From Blepharisma stoltei ATCC 30299 (lineage: Eukaryota > Protista > Ciliophora): 64,000 nucleotides of DNA. Numbering within the stretch: the stretch's first letter is position 1; every line of letters starts with the position of its first letter. Below, piece by piece: positions 10,384 to 25,300 of this stretch. Location of the stretch: positions 558,001 to 622,000 of the forward strand of contig CBFDEM010000060.1 in assembly GCA_965603825.1 (NCBI GenBank), read 5' to 3'. Position numbers and translations under genes: made by a program. A model generated the notes under the pieces. The model had not been told where the DNA came from and made no database searches. It saw nothing but the letters and a program-made list of their open reading frames with translations.

Positions 10384-13300
10384 TTAAGGTTTTACTTTGC
10401 ATGTTTCAACTGGTGGATACATTTGCACAATAATATATCTCATAATCATGTAAATGGTTTGCATGACAAAAATCTCAATCAGAATCCCCCACAAGAAACT
10501 AACTGCCCAATACCCGCTCCACTCGTGGCAGAAGTCATTGCTTAGCATCACGACTCCAATGATAGATCCTATAAGAATTGAAACTCCAACAGTGACTGCA
10601 GCTGCTGTCCATACAGGCAATTTCACCCTATAAATACTAAATGCAATTATCATGAATACCTCTACAGGAATTGATACCGCGATGGCTAAAATCATATAGC
10701 CAAAGTAATCCCCTTCATAGTCATCAAACAAGGACTGGGTTGACATTTCGCTTCCGCTATCTGTGTCTTCTGACCCATAGAAAAATAGTCCTTCTAGTAG
10801 CAATTCGAAAATAATAACAGTTATCAATGTAAAAAGTCTGGTAGCTCTTGAAAACCCTGGTCTGTAATAAAGAAGTCCTATAGTTAAATGTCCTTCTATT
10901 AAACCCTGAAACTTACTATGATATTTTGGCGAATTTTGAGAGTTTTCAGGTTTGGATACATTTACAGCTTGTTCAGTTCATTCAATTTCCACTCCCCTCT
11001 TGGTCTCAGCTGCCTCTACAGGGGCATCTCCGCAGCAGCTTTCAAGATCATGGATTACTACTGGCATCGTTCCTTTGCAGGTATCGACCAAATTTCTTGA
11101 GCTTTCCCTTGGAGTATGCACAGGGGTGTTTTCAGGAACTATATCAAGCTTTCCTACACTTGTAGATCTATTTAATCTATCAATTACCACCACAACTGGA
11201 GCAAGCAGTATTCCAATAAACAGTGTCACCACAAGAATATACAATGGAGCTAAATTTTGGTCGCAGCTTGACGAGACTGTAGGTGGGACAATTGGTGGTG
11301 GAACTTCAATTGGGGTTTCTGACAGTTTATACATTGAAAAGTGATAGACTTGGAAAGTAACGATTCTTGTCTCATTATTAATTCCCACAATTTTACAATT
11401 TGTCTCGTCCCAAGTCTTATTCCCTTCATTATAATACACACAAGTCCAGTTCATATCTTTCGAGAGGTCCTTATAATAAGGTAACTGGATTAGAAATGGA
11501 TATTCTGTAGAAGAAAATGCCAAGTCTGTTTCGGCATATGTAGAAAGGGTAAAGTCTGAATAAGTCCCTGACTGTCCTAAGCTGAAAGAAGCAATGTCAG
11601 AGAAATCATTGGCAAAGCCGTGATAGTAATTAGCCCTCATGTTCATAATAATAGAAGAATCGATTGCAAGCACTTCTGGGTACTTAAAAGATCTATCGTC
11701 GTCATATTCTCTTGTGGTGTTTTCAAAGCCAGTGATAAAGTTCCTTTCTTTGTAAATCTTGGTGTCATCGGTGTTTTGGTTTCCGTTTATAGAGGATTGG
11801 GTCACTAAATCGTTTATGGTAGCTGCATTGATCCATGTGATATAGAAACTGTCGACCGCTGAAATGTATTTTTCAAAGGATTGTTCAGTGTAATTGGTTC
11901 TGTTTCCATAAGACAAATAGCCTTCTCCAAAAGTGACAATTAAATCAATACTGTCTTGGTCAGGCACAAGTGAAGAGAAAGAGGATAAAAGGCTATTTAT
12001 CCAAGAAATAAATTCCTGGTACATGCTTAAGCTCATTAAAGACGTATGATCTGCCAAAGAACTGATAGCGCCAATTACAGTTTGCAGTTCTGAGTTCGTC
12101 ATGCTAGCAATTGTCGCATAATACTGCAAGTCAGACCACATCTGAGTGAATAAAGCGCTATCAATCTCTGCGCTGGAATACAAGAGAATTGCGGATGGAA
12201 TATTGTCTGAGTCTAGTGTCATAGATTTATAGCCGTCCCAAAGCCAAGTGGAATCAAGCATTCTTCCTGTGTATTTATTAACTGTGAAATCAGAAGATTG
12301 ATAGTCTGAGCAGGTTCCTAGCTGATCACAGACATGAGCAGTAGCTCTATTTTGTCCTGATGGGAAAACAGACGACACTTCATTACTTTGGGTTGTGTAG
12401 CCGACTGTATAAGGAGTCTTATTATTACGGGAGTTCTTAAAGGTGTATAGAAGAGGGTAGTCTTCATCATCTCGGTCATAGCAACCAGATATAGAAAGCT
12501 GAAAAGTATCAATTAAAGCAGTTCCACTGGAAGGACTTACACTTGTAGAGCCTGTACAGGATGCTCCTAGGTTAATATCTACATCTAAGTCTACGCTAAA
12601 GCTGGTCGAAGCAGTTTTTACAGTCAATGTAAATACATATGAAACTCCTTCACTAAGAGAATTGGCTGGGAAATTAATTGTGGGAAGGTTGTTAGGAGAA
12701 ATCGTCACAGCAGTTCCTGATGTTTGTGTCCAGGTCAAAGTTGAGCTTGAGCTTGCAGAGACTGAGGCTGTATACGAATTAGATTGCTGATTATTTACTT
12801 TGATACCGAGCGTAGGAAGTTCTATTGAAGTTGAAGTACTCTGAGATAACACAAAAAGAGTTATAGTTGCGGAAGCAGTCCTGGTGTCTTTTGAGATGGT
12901 GCAGGTTATATCCCATTCTGCCCCTTTGGTGATTTTTGCAGAAGGAATCGTAAGTGTGCTTGAGGTTTCTGAAGAAAACAGTACACTATTATCAGCTGCC
13001 AAACACTGAGAGCCATCAGCATGGTTTAAACAGGTCCATTCATAATTTAAGGTTGAAGTAGGGTTGTCTGGGTCTTTAGAGTTTTTAGCATTAACAGTGT
13101 AGTCTTTGCTTGGGTTGACATCGCCGCTTCCTTTAGATAATTTGATATACAGAGGAGATGCAGTAGTCGTCACATACACTGTAGCGTTTCCTGATACAGT
13201 TGAGTCACCGTTAGACTGAGAAGCAATTGCCATGAAGCCATAAGTGCCGCCAGCAGGAAGAGAATTTTTAGCAATTTCTAACTTACTAGTAGCACTGACA

Positions 13301-16300
13301 GCTAGACTAGACCCAGAAAAACCAGTAGGCCCTGACACATAGGACCATTTCCAAGAAATAGAGCTCGTAGACCCTCCACAGACGTCAGTAACTTTTGCTT
13401 TTAGTTTTGTGGTGTCAGAAGTTTTGACTGATACAGAATTTCCTGAGTCAAAGGACACATTTAAGGACTCTTCAGGGGACAAAATCGTGGACACTGTCGC
13501 TGTGCTTGTGGTTGAGCTGATTCCATTTTTGATTGTCACAGTTACTGTTAAGCTTGTCTGGGTTGTCACTTTTGTCAAATAATTTCGCGTAATTGATAAG
13601 CTTGAGCCTTTTTGAGATGAAATATAAGTGGATAGGCTAGAAATTGCAGGAGAAATGGTAGAGCTCCAGGTATAGGTCATAGAAGTTCCATAGGAGCCAG
13701 TAGATTTTTCAGCGGAGTATACAATAGTAGTGGATCCGCAGCCTAAGGAGACTAGCTCTGGGCCTGATAGCTTAGCTATTGGAGCTGGATCTGATGTCAT
13801 GGTTATTTGAGTGCTAAGTGGCTGATAGTTAGTTGTGCATTGGTCTGTGGTATCTTTAACAATATAAGTGCCGTCCAAATTAATTGTGCCACTTCTCAAG
13901 GTAAAGCCAGCCCCCAGTACAATTTTCAAAGTCTTTGAGTCAGCCCAAGAACATACTGGTCCAGTTCCCATCAACAAAAGAGTATCATAGCTCAGTACTT
14001 CAGAACAAGTCGGGTCTAGACCAGTATTTATAGGAACCTTAAAGGTCACTGACACAGAAGTAAACGAAAAGCTAAAGGAAGCCCCAGTTACGTCTGAAGA
14101 CGCTAAATAATTCTTGCACAAAATGCATTTGCTATTCACCAAAGAGTATCCATTATTACAAAGACAGCTATTTGAAGCCTGGTCATACGAAGAATTCTGT
14201 GTGCATTTACAAGCTTTGTTATTGAACTCAGCATTGGTTATACATGCTAAGCAATTTCCATTATCTTCGTCACAAGAAGAGCATAAACTGCTACAGACTG
14301 CGGTGCATGCGTTATTGGAGTTTAAGGCAAAACCGGTGTCACATTGACAAATATTGTTGGAGTTAAGAGAAGCGTGTTTATTGCAAGTTAAACATTTAGA
14401 AGCTGAGGTACAGGTTGCACAGCATGTAGGACACTGATAACATTTGCCATTTAATGGGAAATAGCTGTCAATGCATGAGCAAGTTGGGTAATATTTGGAT
14501 TTAGGTACAGAATTTTCTGCTTTTTTAGCATTAGGGACACAGTCAATGCAGCTGGTAGATGATGCACAGGTCAAGCATTGGTTTGAGCAAGCCACACAAG
14601 TTTCAGCTTGATAATCAGTCCAAGTTCCAGATGGGCATTGGCAGACAGAAGTTCCACTGCCATCAAATCCATCCTTACACACATCACAAATCTGCCCATT
14701 TTCACTATTACAAGTATCACAAAAGCTTACATCACACGAGCATTCTCCATTATTTTGAACATACCCGGCCTGGCAAATATCGCAGATTCCTCCATCATAT
14801 TCATTGCAGCTTGCACAATTATCAACCCCACATGTGCATGTAAAAGTATTAGTAAGGATATATCCTCCTAAACACATATGGCATTCTGTTCCAGTCGTCT
14901 CAACAACAATACATTTCTCTAAAGAAGACTGTGTGCATATGCCGTCTGTATTTATCATATAGCCTTCTGCGCAGGAATTGCAGGCTACTCCATCAATTTC
15001 GATTATATTGCAGTTTGAAACGGTAGAATAAATACAGACCGAGGTAGATGTCGGCAAATAGTCTTTATCACAAGTAGAACATGTGTTGCCTGCGTAGCCT
15101 TTTTCACAAATATAACAGGTATTAGCATCAGTCACTGTTATGCAGTGAGGTATTGAAGAGACAATACAGCTTTTAGATGAAGTTGGCAAGTAGCCTATAT
15201 CGCAGCTTTCACAAGTAGGTGTGATATAGCCGTTGTCGCATATGTTACAAGATTGCCCATTATTGCTGTCAAGAATTAAACAATGAGATAACGAAGATAC
15301 AACGCAATTTGTATTTACGTCTGGTAAATAGCCTATATCGCAATTTTGACAACTCCTGCTTACATAGCCAGTTTCGCATTGCTGGCAATTTTCTGGATCA
15401 GTAGCTATAATGCAGTGGGTCATTAACGATTGAATACATTGAGTGTTTGTGTCCCTTACATAGCCAACATCGCATTCTGTGCATGTTAGACCTGCATAGC
15501 CTGTTTCGCATTGATGGCAAGTGTTAGGGTCATTGGCTTTAAGAGTAGTGCAATGGGATAGAGAACTCAAAAGACAAAGAGAGCTTTGGTCACGCAAGTA
15601 GCCTTTAGAACAGTCAGCACATTTAGATCCAGAATAGCCTGTGCTGCATGAGAAGCAAGAATTTGGATCGCTGCTATAAAGAGTAGCGCAATGAGTTAAT
15701 GACGATTGAAGACATAAAGAATTCTGGTCATGTACATATCCTTGAGCACAATCAGTACAAGTCGTCCCAGCATAGCCAACTTCACAGAGTTTGCAAGAAT
15801 TTGCATTTCCGCTTACCAGAGTTGTACAATGAGTAATTGTTGACGAAATACATTTACCAGTTTCATCAAGCAAATAGTTTGTAAAACAAATTGAACAATG
15901 TGTAGCATCAGTAGCTGTTAGACAGTATATTAATGAAGAAGCGATACACAAATCTGCTGTATTTCTAACGTATCCAGTATCGCAGAAATCACAAGTGTAT
16001 CCTGAATATCCTGTTTCGCAAGAGAAGCAGAGTGTAGGATTACTAATTATATTGCAATGGGCTATTGATCCTTCTGCACATTTGCCATTATAGTCAATCA
16101 TGTATCCCTGAGCGCAGGCCGAACAAGTAGTTCCAGTATAGCCAGTTTCACAGGCTTTGCAGACATTTCCATTCCCGGTTTCAAGGGTAGTGCAATGGGT
16201 AATTGTTGTCGAAATACATAGGCCAGTTTCGTCAGGCAAATAATTTGAATCACAAACTGAGCAACGTGTAGTATCGGCTGCTACTTTGCAATTGAGTAAA

Positions 16301-19300
16301 GTAGAAATCACACAAACTTGAGAAGAATTTTTTACGTATCCACTAGAGCAGCTTCCACAAGTATCACCATCATATCCGGTTTCACATGTGGCACAGTGAG
16401 TGGCGTCGGTGAGTGTTGTACAATGTGTGAGTGATGTTTGAATGCACTGAGAGTTTGTGTCCATTAAATACCCAGTATCACATGTTGCGCATGTGGCTCC
16501 AGAATAGCCTGCCTTGCATTGGTAGCAAGAATCGGGGTTATTGCTCACTAAAATTGCACAATGAGTTATTGAGGATTCAAGGCAAATAGAGGTTTTGTCA
16601 TGCACAAAACCTTGTATGCAATCAGAGCATGAATTTCCTAAGTAGCCATGTTCGCATTGGTGACAAGTAGATGCATCTAAAACACTAGTGCAGTGAGTTA
16701 ATGATGATTGAATGCATTGAGCATTAGTATTAACCAAATAGCCGTCATCGCATTCTGTGCATGTGGAACCTGTATAGCCTGCTTCACATTGATGGCAAGT
16801 CTCGGGATCATTGCTTATAAGAGTAGTGCAATGAGTAATTGAGGTTTGAAGACAAAGAGCGTTTTGGTCATGCACATAACCTTCAGAACAGTCAGAACAT
16901 GTAGCTCCAGAATAGCCTGTGCTGCATAAGAAGCAAGAATTTGGATTGTTGCTAGCAAGAGTAATGCAACGAATTAATGACGATTGAAGACATAAAGAAT
17001 TCTGGTCATGCAGATATCCTTGAACACAGCTAGCACATGTCGTCCCAGTGTAGCCAGTTTCACAGAGTTTGCAAGAATTTGCATTTCCGCTTACCAGAGT
17101 TGTACAATGAGTAAGTGTTGATGAAATACATTGACCAGTTTCATCAGGTACATAATTTGCAGCACAAACTGCGCAATTTGTAGCATCAGTAGCTGTTTGA
17201 CAGTTGGTTAATGAAGAAAGGATACAGAGCTGTGATGTTGTTTTGACATACCCACTATCACAAGTCCCACAATTGTCACTTACATACCCTTCTTCACACT
17301 CAGCACAATGAGTAGCATCAGTAACTTTTGTACAGTGTGTTAAAGATGTTTGAATACAATTTGAGCTATTATCAATCAAATACCCTATATCGCAAACAGT
17401 GCAGGTAGACCCTGTATAGCCTGTTTGACATTGATGGCAAGAATTTGGATCTCCAGCAGCAAGAGTTGTGCAATGAGTTATTGATGGCTGGAGACAAGAA
17501 GAATTCTCATCATGTAAATAACCTTGTGAGCAATCAGTACATTTAACTCCAGAATAGCCTGTATCGCATTGGTGACATGAATTAGGATTATTGCCGGTAA
17601 GTTTAACGCAATGAGTTATCGACGTCAACAAGCAATTATAGCTTTCATCACGCAAGTAGCCATCTGCACAAAGATGGCATTGGTTTCCTACATAGCCTGT
17701 TTCACATGTATGGCAAGTATATATATCACCTGCAGCTAGAGTTATACAATGAGGAAGAGACGTTTTCAAACAAGCATAATTTACATCATATATGTAGCCT
17801 TGAGCGCAATCACTACATGTCGCCCCGGTATAGCCAGTAGCACAGCTATCACATTGTGTCCCAGACCAGCCTAATTCGCAATTAGCACAAACTGCACCAT
17901 TCCCTATCTCGACAACCGAACAATGTTTTAATGTAGACGAAATGCAAGCTTTGTTTGCGTCAGGCAAATAATTAGCTGCACAACTATCACAGACTGTCCC
18001 TGCATATCCTGTTTCACATTGGTTACAAGCCTCTCCATTATTGCGTTCAAGAATTGTGCAATGTTGCAAATTTGATGGAATACAGTTTGAGTCGACATCA
18101 CGATTGTAATTTTCTATACACTCTGAGCAGTCGTCTTTCTGGTATCCAACCTCACATTGTTTACACTGAGTAGGGGTTTGTAGAACAAGAATAACGCAGT
18201 GGGTAATTGATGTTTGCAGACATTGGAGTTGTTCGTCCCATATGTAACCTTGTGCGCAGGATTCGCAGCCAGTGCCAGTGTACCCGGCTACACATTCGAA
18301 GCAAACATCTGGAGTGTTACTCTTAAGTATTTTACATTGAGGCATATTTGGATGAAGACAAAGCAAGTTTTCATCATGCAAGTATCCTTCTGCACAATCG
18401 CCGCAGGACGTTCCTGAATAGCCATTTTCACATTGATGGCAAGAAGTAGGAGTATTAGCTGTAAGAGTAGCGCAATGGGAAATTGATGGTTGAAGACAAG
18501 CTGAAGCTTCGTCATGTAAATAGCCTTGAGCACAATCAGAGCATGTTGTCCCAGTGTAACCAGCCTCGCATTGGTGGCATGAATTAGGATCAGCGCTTGT
18601 AAGAATAGTGCAATGAGTTACTGATGTTTGAAGACAAGCTGAGCTTTCATCATGCAAATATCCTTGAGCGCAATCGGTGCATGAAGCTCCTGAGTAGCCT
18701 GTTTCGCAGCTGTCACATAGAGTACCAGTCCAACCTTTATTGCATTTTTCGCAAGCATCACCATTGTCACTAACAACATATGTGCAATGCTGGAGAGTAG
18801 AAGGAGTGCAATACTTATTTTTGTCAGGTAAATAATTAGGTGCACAACTGTCACATAAAGTTCCAGTATATCCATCTATACATTCATGGCAAGCAAGTCC
18901 ATTTCCGCTCGCAATAGTTTTGCAATTAGTCAATGATGACTGAAGACAAAGTCCTTCAGTATCAGGCAAATAATTTACATCACAATTAGTGCATGTTTCT
19001 CCTGTATAGCCAGTTTCACATGTCATACACAAATCAGGATTATTGGCTGCTAGACAGGAACAATGAGTTAGCGATGATTTAAGACAATTAGAATTATAGT
19101 CAAGTAAGTATCCCTGAGCACAATTATCGCACTTCTCTCCAGTTCAAGCTTCCTCGCATTCATAGCAAGTGTTAGGATCATTACTCTTAAGTGTGATACA
19201 GTTTGTAATTAAAGTTTGAAGACAAGCTGAATTTTGGTCATGTAAGTATCCTGCTGAGCAATCAGAGCAAGTAGTTCCTGTATAGCCTGTTTCGCATTGG

Positions 19301-22300
19301 TGACAAGATTCAGGAGCATTGGCTGCAAGAATAGCGCAGTGAGTAATAGACGACTGGAGACAAGCTGTATTTTCGTCATGTAAATAGCCTTGAGCACAAT
19401 CAGAGCATGTAGCACCAGAATATCCTATTTCACAAGTATGGCAGACATTAGGATTATTGCTTGCTAGTGTGATGCAATGATTTATTGATGTTTGAAGACA
19501 AAGCAAGTTTTCGTCATGCAAGTATCCTTCTGCACAGTCACTGCAGGACGTTCCTGAGTAGCCATCTTCACATTGATAACAAGAAGTAGGAGTATTAGCT
19601 GTGAGAGTAGCGCAATGGGAAACTGATGGTTGAAGGCAAGCTGAAGTTTCGTCATGTAAATAGCCTTGAGCACAATCAGAGCATGTTGTCCCAGAGTAAC
19701 CAGCCTCGCATTGGTAACATGAATTAGGATCGGCGCTTGTAAGAATAGTGCAATGAGTTACTGATGTTTGAAGACAAGCTGAGCTTTCATCATGCAAATA
19801 TCCTTGAGTACAATCGGTGCAAGAATCTCCAGAGTAGCCTGTTTCGCAGCTGTCACATAGAGTACCAGTCCAACCTTTATTGCATTTTTCGCAAGCATCA
19901 CCATTGTCACTAACAACATATGTGCAATGCTGTAGAGTAGAAGGAGTGCAATACTTATTTTTGTCAGGTAAATAATCAGGTGCACAACTGTCGCATAAAG
20001 TTCCAGTATATCCATCTATGCATTCATGGCAAGCATGTCCATTTCCGCTCTCAATAGTTTTGCAATTAGTCACATATGACAGAAGACAAAGTCCATCAGT
20101 ATCAGGCAAATAATATACATCACAAGTAGTGCATGCTTCTCCTGTATAGCCAGTTTCACATGCCAAGCATTTATCTGGACTATTGGACTGAAGTGTGAAA
20201 CAATGAGTTAGCGATGATTTAAGACAATTGATATTATAGTCAAGTAAGTATCCCTGAGCACAATTATCGCACTTCTCTCCAGTTCACGCTTCCTCGCATT
20301 TATAGCAAGTTTCAGGATCATTACTCTTAAGTGTGATACAGTGTGTAACTGAGGTTTGAAGACAAGCTGAGTTTTGGTCATGTAAGTATCCTACTGAACA
20401 ATCAGAACAAGTAGTTCCTGTATAGCCTGTTTCGCATTGGTGACAAGATTCAGCAGTATTGGCTGTAAGAATAGTACAGTGAGGAAGAGACGACTGGAGA
20501 CAAGCTGTATTTTCGTCATGCAAATAGCCTTGAGCACAATCAGAGCATGTAGCACCAGAATATCCTAATTCACAAGTATGACAGGCATTAGGATTATTGC
20601 TTGCTAATGTGATACAATGAGTTATTGATGCTTGAAGACAAAGTGAGTTTTCGTCATGCAAGTATCCTTCTGCACAGTCACTGCAGGACGTTCCTAAGTA
20701 GCCATCTTCACATTGATAACAAGAGGTAGGAGTATTAGCTGTAAGAATAGCGCAATGGGAAACTGATGATTGAAGACAAGTTGAGGTTTCATCATGTAAA
20801 TAGCCTTGAGCACAATCAGAGCATGTTGCCCCAGAATAGCCAATCTCGCATTGGTGACATGAATTAGGATCAGCGTTTGTAAGAATAGTGCAATGAGTTA
20901 TTAATGTTTGAAGACAAACTGAGGTTTCATCCTTCAAATATCCTTGAGCACAATCGGTGCATGAATCTCCAGAGTAGCCTGTTTCACAGCTGTCACATTG
21001 AGTGCCAGTCCAACCTTTAGTGCATTGTTCGCAAGCATCACCATTGCCATTGACAACAACATTGCAATGCTGTAAAGTAGAAGGAGTGCAATACTTATAT
21101 ATGTCAGGTAAATAATTAGGTGCACAACTGTCGCATAAAGTTCCAGTATATCCATCTATACATTTATGGCAAACCTGTCCATTCCCACTTGCAATAGTTT
21201 TGCAATTCATCAATGATGACTGAATACAAAATCCATCAGTATCAGGCAAATAATATGTATCACAAGTAGTGCATGTTTCTCCTGTATAGCCATTTTCGCA
21301 TGACATACACGAATTAGGATTATCTGCTTGAAGTCAGAAACAATGAGTTAGCGATGTTTTAAGACAATTACCATTATAGTCAAGTAAGTATCCCTGAGTA
21401 CAACCTTCTTCACACTTCTCTCCAGTTCAGCCTTCCATGCATTTATAGCAAGTGTTAGGATCATTACTCTTAAGTGTGATACAGTGTGTAATTGAGGTTT
21501 GAAGACAAGCCGAGTTTTGGTCATGTAAGTATCCTGCTGAGCAATCTGAGCAAGTAGTTCCTGCATAGCCTGTTTCGCATTGGTGACAAGATGAAGGATT
21601 ATTGGCTGCAAGAATAGTGCAGTGAGTAATAGACGACTGGAGACAAGCTGTATTTTCGTCATGCAAATAGCCTTGAGCACAATCAGAGCATGTAGCACCA
21701 GAATATCCTAATTCACAAGTATGACAGGCATTAGGATTATTGCTTGCTAATGTGATACAATGAGTTATCGATGCTTGAAGACAAAGTGAGTTTTCGTCAT
21801 GCAAGTATCCTTCTGCACAGTCACTGCAGGACGTTCCTAAGTAGCCATCTTCACATTGATAACAAGAGGTAGGAGTATTAGCTGTAAGAGTAGCGCAATG
21901 GGAAACTGATGATTGAAGACAAGTTGAGGTTTCATCATGTAAATAGCCTTGAGCACAATCAGAGCATGTTGCCCCAGAATAGCCAATCTCGCATTGGTGA
22001 CATGAATTAGGATCAGCGTTTGTAAGAATAGTGCAATGAGTTATTAATGTTTGAAGACAAACTGAGGTTTCATCCTTCAAATATCCTTGAGCACAATCGG
22101 TGCATGAATCTCCAGAGTAGCCTGTTTCACAGCTGTCACATTGAGTGCCAGTCCAACCTTTAGTGCATTGCTCGCAAGCATCACCATTGCCATAAACAAC
22201 TAATGTGCAATGCTGTAAAGTAGAAGGAGTGCAATACTTATTTGTGTCAGGTAAATAATTAGGTGCACAACTGTCACATAAAGTTCCAGTATATCCTTCT

Positions 22301-25300
22301 TTACATTCGACGCAAACCTTTCCATTCCCACTTGCAATAGTTTTGCAATTAGTGAATGATGACTGAATACAAAATCCATCAGTATCAGGCAAATAATATG
22401 TATCACAAGTAGTGCATGTTTCTCCTGTATAGCCATTTTCGCATGACATACACGAATTAGGATTATCTGCTTGAAGTCAGAAACAATGAGTTAGCGATGT
22501 TTTAAGACAATTACCATTATAGTCAAGTAAGTATCCCTGAGTACAACCTTCTTCACACTTCTCTCCAGTTCAACCTTCCATGCATTTATAGCAAGTGATA
22601 GGATCATTACTATTAAGCGTGATACAATGTATAATTGAGGTTTGAAGACAAGCCGAGTTTTGGTCATGTAAGTATCCTGCTGAGCAATCTGAGCAAGTAG
22701 TTCCTGTATAGCCTGTTTCGCATTGGTGACAAGATGCAGGAGTATTAGCTGTGAGAATATTGCAGTGAGGAAGAGACGATAGGAGACAAGCTGAATTTTC
22801 GTCATGTAAATAGCCTTGAGCACAGTCAGAGCAAGTCAAGCCTGTATATCCTGTATCACAGCTATCACATGCAGCTCCTTTCCAGCCAATACTGCATGTA
22901 TGGCAGGTAGTAGGGTCATTGCTTGCAAGAGTAGCGCAATGGGTTAATTCTGTTTGAAGACACACTGAATTTTCATCAGGTAAATATCCATCAACGCATT
23001 CTGTGCATGTAGTACCTTTATAATATTGTTCACATTCAGCACAAGAATCAGCTTTACCTACTTTTAGCTTCACACAGTGGCTAATTGACGTTAATAGGCA
23101 AGCAGAATTTTCATCAATAAGGTAGCCTGCATTAGCGCATATATCACAGTCATCCCCTGAATAGCCTGTATCACATTCATCACATGCAACCCCTTTCCAG
23201 CCTGCTTTGCATGTATCGCATACATCACCGTTTCCGCTAGCAACTATTTTACAGTTTCACAGCCCAGAAGGAACACAAACACCGTTTGTATCAAAAATGG
23301 AGCCACCCTGGCATTCTGAGCAGTGATTTGGGTCATTACGCACTAATTTTACACAATGATCAACTTGTGCTAGAAAGCATTGAAAATCTGTATCTGGCAG
23401 ATAGTAATCTTCACACCATATGCATTTATTTGGATCTTCTTTTTTAAGCATTTTGCAATGAGGAAGAGTTGACTGGATACAATGACTTTGCTCATCTACT
23501 AAGTAGCCTTCAATACACTGCAAGCATTTAGTTGCATCAGGATTATTAAGTATCTTGCATTGTGTAAAATCTGAATAAATGCAATTGAACAAGCCATCAA
23601 TTATATAATGAGCATCACAAGTTTTACAGTCAGCTCCACTATAGTGCTCTTCACATGTATTACAAAGGTCATGATCGTTGCTCTCAGTTTTAAGACAATG
23701 GGAATATCCATATAATGATGAGCGGAAGCACTCCCCAGTTGTGTCAGGTAAAAACTCATCATTACAGGTATGGCAATGGGCGCCATCTCCACTTTCAACT
23801 ACCCTGCAGAAGCCTAATTCAGAAGGAATACAATTATTATTTGTATCTGGTAAGTGATAAGATTCGCAGCTGTCACATAAGTCACCTACATAGCCATCAT
23901 AACAGTCTTGGCATTTAGTCCCATCAGCGCTGACTGTATTGCAATGCTTTATAGTTGAGGGAACACAGTTCGAGTTTACATTAAGCAAGTAGCCTTCAGC
24001 GCATTTATCACAAGCCGGCCCTGTATAGCCAGTTTCGCATAAGTCACAAATGCTTCCGTCGTTTGCATTACAAGTTTTGCATAGAGAGACTCCACATTCG
24101 CATGATCCCGTACTGCTGAGCTTGTAGTTTCTTTGGCATTTCATGCAGAAAGGATTTCCAGAATAAGGGCAATTGCAATTTGAAGCTGAGGAGTCACAAG
24201 AAACACAGTTTAAGGTGTAGCCTGCAGAGCAGGCTGTGCAGGTTACGGCATTAGAAAAGGTGTTACAGTGTTGGATAGGCGATTGAACACATTTTGCTTG
24301 GCTAAGGACATGTCCACTCTTGCATGAAGTGCATGTATTCTTATCTGTGCATGTATCACAACCATCCATGACGCTGCTACACAAAGTGCATTTATCATTG
24401 TCTTTATAGTAACCTGACTGGCATGTAGAGCACATTATTTCATTTAGGCAGATCTCACAGCCAGTAATCTTGTCTCCGCAGAGTTTGCATAGTTTGTTAT
24501 CACTGTCCCAGATACGGCCACTTGAGCAGGTTACACAAGACGTAGGAAAAACATTGTCAACTACGTCACAATTAGTCAGAGACGAAAGCGAACAAGTTTT
24601 CAAATTATTGACAAGGTAATTCTCATCGCAAGCTGTACAAGTTAATCCGTCATTACTACAAGTTTTGCAGTTAGGAATTTTGACGCTGCATTGTGCACAA
24701 GCGTGGGGAGAAATTGAGGCTTCTAAGTAATAGCCGCTTGCGCATTTGTAGCAAGTTGATGTGTCCTGATTGGCAGGGATATCACAATTATCAAGTTCAC
24801 TGTTAGAGCATAAGCCTAAGTTATCAATTTTTGCGCCATAGCCATTGTCACATTGATAACAAGTTGTTCCATCAGCGTTACAGGACAGGCACAGTGGGAT
24901 GGGAGTATTGCATACTTCACAAACTTTGGAGTTAGGATTCCAGTAATAGCCATATGAACATTGGCCACAAGTGACTCTATCTGAGTTTCAAAGATCACAG
25001 TTTCCTCCGAGACTGGTAAGCGATTTGCATTCGCTAACGTCCCAGTACCAGCCACTTGAGCAAGTCTTGCAAGTCGATTCATCGGTAACTACATCACAAT
25101 GTTCAAGACTTGTCTGAGTACAGCCACCATCATTATTTAATAAAAAGCCTGGATTGCATGTTGTACAACTATTGATACTTGAGCAAGCTATGCAGTTTGC
25201 ATCTATATCACTGCATGCTCTACAGCTGCCTTCAACCTCGACAAAACCATCTAGACATGCATTACAAACTGGGCCATTTGTGCAAGATTTACAAGCGGTT

